From the NCBI GenBank assembly GCA_000708835.1, contig DF237045.1, positions 1 to 64,000 of the forward strand: a DNA stretch of 64,000 nt, read 5' to 3'. Below are positions 60,592-64,000 of the stretch, in pieces. The translations under genes were made by a program, and so were the position numbers. Positions within the stretch are counted from its first letter, which is position 1; each line of letters starts with the position of its first letter. This DNA comes from Klebsormidium nitens. Taxonomy: Eukaryota > Plantae > Klebsormidiophyceae. The notes below the pieces were generated by a model that was not told the DNA's origin, searched no databases, and saw nothing but the letters and a program-made list of their open reading frames with translations.

Positions 60592-61449
60592 TTGCGATGT
60601 CTTTGGCTAAGGCATGCTTCTGGAGGCCAAATCATCCTAGGCAAAACCCTCACCAACATCGTAGAGCTTTTCAAACCGTTGAAAGTGTTTATATTCAATA
60701 GAAATTTTGCAAAAAACACAGCCCAAGTCAGATGTGGCGGACGTAGCCATTTTCAAAGTGCTCATTGCATACAGAGCCGAGACCTGCTTCATATTGAGGA
60801 GCATCTCCTCGAAGTATTTCTGAAGGAAGAAGCGGCGGTGATTTCCAACATCAAAGGTCGGGTACCCGGCGATAAGAACGAAGACGACAATCTGGATAGA
60901 TCATTGCGTGAACTCGATCGTCTCTTGCACGAACGGAGCAGGATGCTTGAGCAATATTCACAGCCTCGCGGAAACATCTATTATTCTCAATGCCTTCAAG
61001 CAGCTTTTCATGCAGACAACTGGAATTCCTGTGCCCTTCTGTGTAATGACAAGAAGCAGGGAAAAAGGCAGCCGAGTATAAGAGGAGCGGCTCAAATCCA
61101 GAAAAGCCTCTTGGGCGCAGAGGGGCGCAGCCCAGTCACATCTCATCTTGGCCGTTTCTACCAGATTGTGGGGCTAGCCTTCAAAGTTAGAATTGACACT
61201 AAACTGTGGTTGCTGATCACCGAAAGAGTGGCAATCAAACGAGTAGAGAGCTTCCCAGATGCGGGACTGGAAGAACGGCGCTTAGCTTGCGGGGAAGGAA
61301 AGGCATTCTGGACTTCCCAATGGCCGCAATGCGCAACCCGCAAAACAAATGATCGCCCATTAATTTGGGCCGGAAGCATGACTAAGCGGAACGCAAGAAG
61401 GCGGAATAGTTCGCAAGGTGACATTGGTAAGGCTCTCGCAAATGAGTGA
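60592..61449 (+). CDS. Unassigned 285-codon open reading frame
   Basis: Longest stop-free frame in the 51-64 kb region; helical-looking core HIEEHLLEVFLKEEAAVISNIKG...LDRSLRELDRLLHERSRMLEQY; no family recognised. Confidence 0.3.
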   Translation: MRCLWLRHASGGQIILGKTLTNIVELFKPLKVFIFNRNFAKNTAQVRCGGRSHFQSAHCIQSRDLLHIEEHLLEVFLKEEAAVISNIKGRVPGDKNEDDNLDRSLRELDRLLHERSRMLEQYSQPRGNIYYSQCLQAAFHADNWNSCALLCNDKKQGKRQPSIRGAAQIQKSLLGAEGRSPVTSHLGRFYQIVGLAFKVRIDTKLWLLITERVAIKRVESFPDAGLEERRLACGEGKAFWTSQWPQCATRKTNDRPLIWAGSMTKRNARRRNSSQGDIGKALANE

Positions 61450-62479
61450 ATCTTCTCCCTGGCAAACATCACAAGGCAAGCAGAGAAGCAACAAGTATAC
61501 GGCCTGAGTGCTACGTGTTCAGGATATATACTTGGAAAGACTTTCGATTCGTTTGTTTCCAAAGCCCCGAGCAGGAACACAGATTGGCAGGCGACAGAAT
61601 AAAGGCTTACTTGGACGGCTTTAGGGCAAAGTTGAAGACGCCTGCCATGTGCTTTGGCACGGCCCATTTAAAAGCCACTCCTCACGGCCGTTCTTAATGG
61701 TAATCCAAATGCAGCGAATCAAAGAATAGAAGCAGCGAGGTCTTTGAATACTCCAGGTCAAGTTCTTTTTTAGAAGAGCTGGCTTGCAATTATTCCATAT
61801 AAGCGCCACGCAAATTGTGCTTTCTATGGAACCACAGGAGGATTAAAAACTCATACCAAAGATTTTTACGGCCCGCTCGACAAATGATTAAGACTGATTC
61901 CGCGGCTTTCAAAAGGCCGCCGATCATCGCCTTGTCATCACCTGCGTAGGTCCTCGCGAGGGCCAGGCATATGAGTTCCGAAAGGAAAAGGTTCAGTTGT
62001 TGCTTTGGATGTCAGCCAAGAAGTCCATCGATTTCCCTTATAAAGCGCCTGTCAAAATTCGGCGACCGCGTTATATTGCCTCAGGTGGATCTGTCGAGAC
62101 GCAGTACGTCGCAGAGGTTCCGAGGCTGCATAAGCTGCTCGAACGTCGTCCGCAAACTTCTACCACAGGTGCCAGAGGCGACAGACGCCGGCGGGATTAT
62201 TGTTGCTCATCAGTCGCGGCCCGCGGATAAGTAACCCGCTCCTTATGCCCTCTACAATGAAAAACGTGGCGCAAGCTTCCGGATGCCGGCTCGAAAAAGC
62301 ACGTGTACTAAGGGCGACCACAGAGGTAGTGCTGCCAGACTGCCCATAGATGGGTTTAATCATCGCCGATAATTCCGGTCAAAAGATTGAACTTAGAAAG
62401 TCGCTCCCGCGAAATACGCCAAGGTGAAGTGCAAACTTCCAGGGCAGCGGATCTTTATTTTCACCTTACCAAAGCTTGA

Positions 62480-62661
62480 TAGGGATAAACTTTAATAGTA
62501 ATAAGGAACTTAAGGTACACGAGTACGGGTGGGGTTAGTTTGGTGGTTAGGGTGGGTTTGGGTGCGGAGCAGGTCATTTTGTTCTTGGGGTTTTAATGTT
62601 GGTTAAGCCGAGAAATTGAGTACTTTCAGTACCTCAGATCCTTATTACTATTAAAGTTTAT
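62480..62661 (-). mobile_element. MITE, related subfamily of the 30.7 kb element
   Basis: Perfect 23-bp inverted repeat ATAAACTTTAATAGTAATAAGGA (62485-62507 and 62639-62661); left end TAGGGAT as in the 30.7 kb copy; reverse-complement interior ACCTGCTCCGCACCCAAACCCACCCTAACCACCAAACTAACCCCACCCG matches the family. Confidence 0.8.
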
Positions 62662-63144
62662 GGTAATAAAGCTTGACCATCTTCGGTTCACATGCATCTC
62701 AGCAAACATCTAGAGAAGTCGAAGAAATCTCTGTCGCGCAACGGCCGCTGCGATTTGGAAAAGGCGATACTGCAGTGTGACGCGGCTTGAACGAGTGGCA
62801 GCCAGCCGTTGCCCTGTAAGGCTCGTTTTATCAGGCTCGCGCTTGACGAACTTTAGAGTCTTACGATTGATATAACGAGATGCAAATTGAGAAATTTCTT
62901 ACCGGAAAGAAAGGGCGAGTCTACTGAGTCTAGCACGATGATGAACTCGCTGAAATCAGTAATTGCTCATCGAAGGTTGGGCCCTCGACGGCTAGAGAAC
63001 AGAGACTAAACCACTTGTGTGGCTCACCACAAACGACCGTGTCCTGCACGAATGGACCAGGGTTATCGAAGCGATCACAGCCTCAAAACATAATTAAAAC
63101 CCTTTCTAAAGCAGATTTAAGTAAGTTTTAAACGACTTCCACTC

Positions 63145-63949
63145 TTATGCACACCCTGAGTAATCACATGAAGGAAAGAAGGAAGCCAAGCAGGGAAAGG
63201 GCGGCTCAGTGCCCGAAAAATTCCAATTGAGCTCGAAGTCGCGCAGCTCAGGTTCGTCGATCTTGTCTTGGCCGTTCGCCTTTGACCCTTGGACCAACAC
63301 ACGTAAGCCTGTATCAGAAGGTGGCAGCTGATCAACGAAAGTGTAACAAGAATACAAATATGAAGAGCGTCCTAGTCGGTTGAAAGGCGTCCGGGATACG
63401 ATGCTAAACGGTTTTTTGAGCCAGCTCTCCAGCAGCCGCGGGTTGAAGTTTTGCAGGAAAGACGCTTCGACCATCGATCTGGGCTGAATATTGAAGGGAC
63501 AAGCGCCATGCAGGCGGCAATCCGCGGTGTTGGCGTCAAAAACCCATGGCTCGCTAACGGCAGAGACGAAGCGAGCCATGATGAACCGATCATGGCCTAA
63601 AGCTACTTGCTCAGTATGTGCGGAATTTTTTAAATAAAAAAGCCTCAAGCAGCAACCCCGACAGATGAGCGAAGAAGGGCAAGCCTGCGCGAACAGCTTC
63701 AGAAGTTACTTCGATACCGGGAATGACCGGGATTGCCATTCCCGTGCACTTCATCAAGGCTGTTCTGATCTTCAACTCAAGATGCAACGGATTCACATCG
63801 CCAATCGAGCGAGGTCCCCGGTTATATCTTCTAGAAGAGGTTTCAACAGGACAAGCGGAGCTGGCATAATGTCGACTTTCCCCGGGTCCTTTGGAGCGTA
63901 CAGCTAGTGAGTGCACGTCACATCCACCACTGTAGAAGCTCTCTTCCAA
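63145..63949 (-). pseudogene. Paralog B of the same unidentified family; frame break near 63630, 5' end possibly beyond the window
   Basis: Overlapping ORFs 63611-63949 and 63145-63648 in different frames, overlapping across an A/T run; homologous to 58100-58780. Confidence 0.55.
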
Positions 63950-64000
63950 TCATCTTTTTCGCCCCCCTGAACAAGTCCTCAGCTAGCTAAAAATGACAAA

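Overview
Intron-rich eukaryotic nuclear DNA with a plant-like gene set (GT37, MUR3-type GT47, FAD2, plant-type CENP-C, ABC1K, PPR-SMR). I infer an early-diverging streptophyte alga such as Klebsormidium; this is not verified. Gene order in 1-51 kb: GT37 fucosyltransferase (+, apparent frameshift), two head-to-head GT47 paralogs (-/+), LYR protein (+), CENP-C (-), FAD2 (+), acylation-motif SAM-domain protein (+), an orphan AOC/dirigent-like exon (-), ABC1K6-like kinase (-), PPR-SMR (+). The 51-64 kb region is gene-poor, with decayed ORFs including two diverged paralogous fragments. Best leads: (1) tandem duplications that straddle splice junctions, namely six serial acceptor-plus-exon-start units in ABC1K and three echoes in FAD2, one with almost purely synonymous divergence; (2) a compact GT37 + 2xGT47 xyloglucan-side-chain-like cluster; (3) an AOC/dirigent-like exon; (4) a three-copy MITE family, one copy TA-flanked, with telomere-like interior; (5) CATG-rich islands 3' of genes; (6) a ~20-bp-periodic GGCCGC array. 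All exon boundaries and alignments were read by eye, and family calls rest on remembered motifs. No database search was run.
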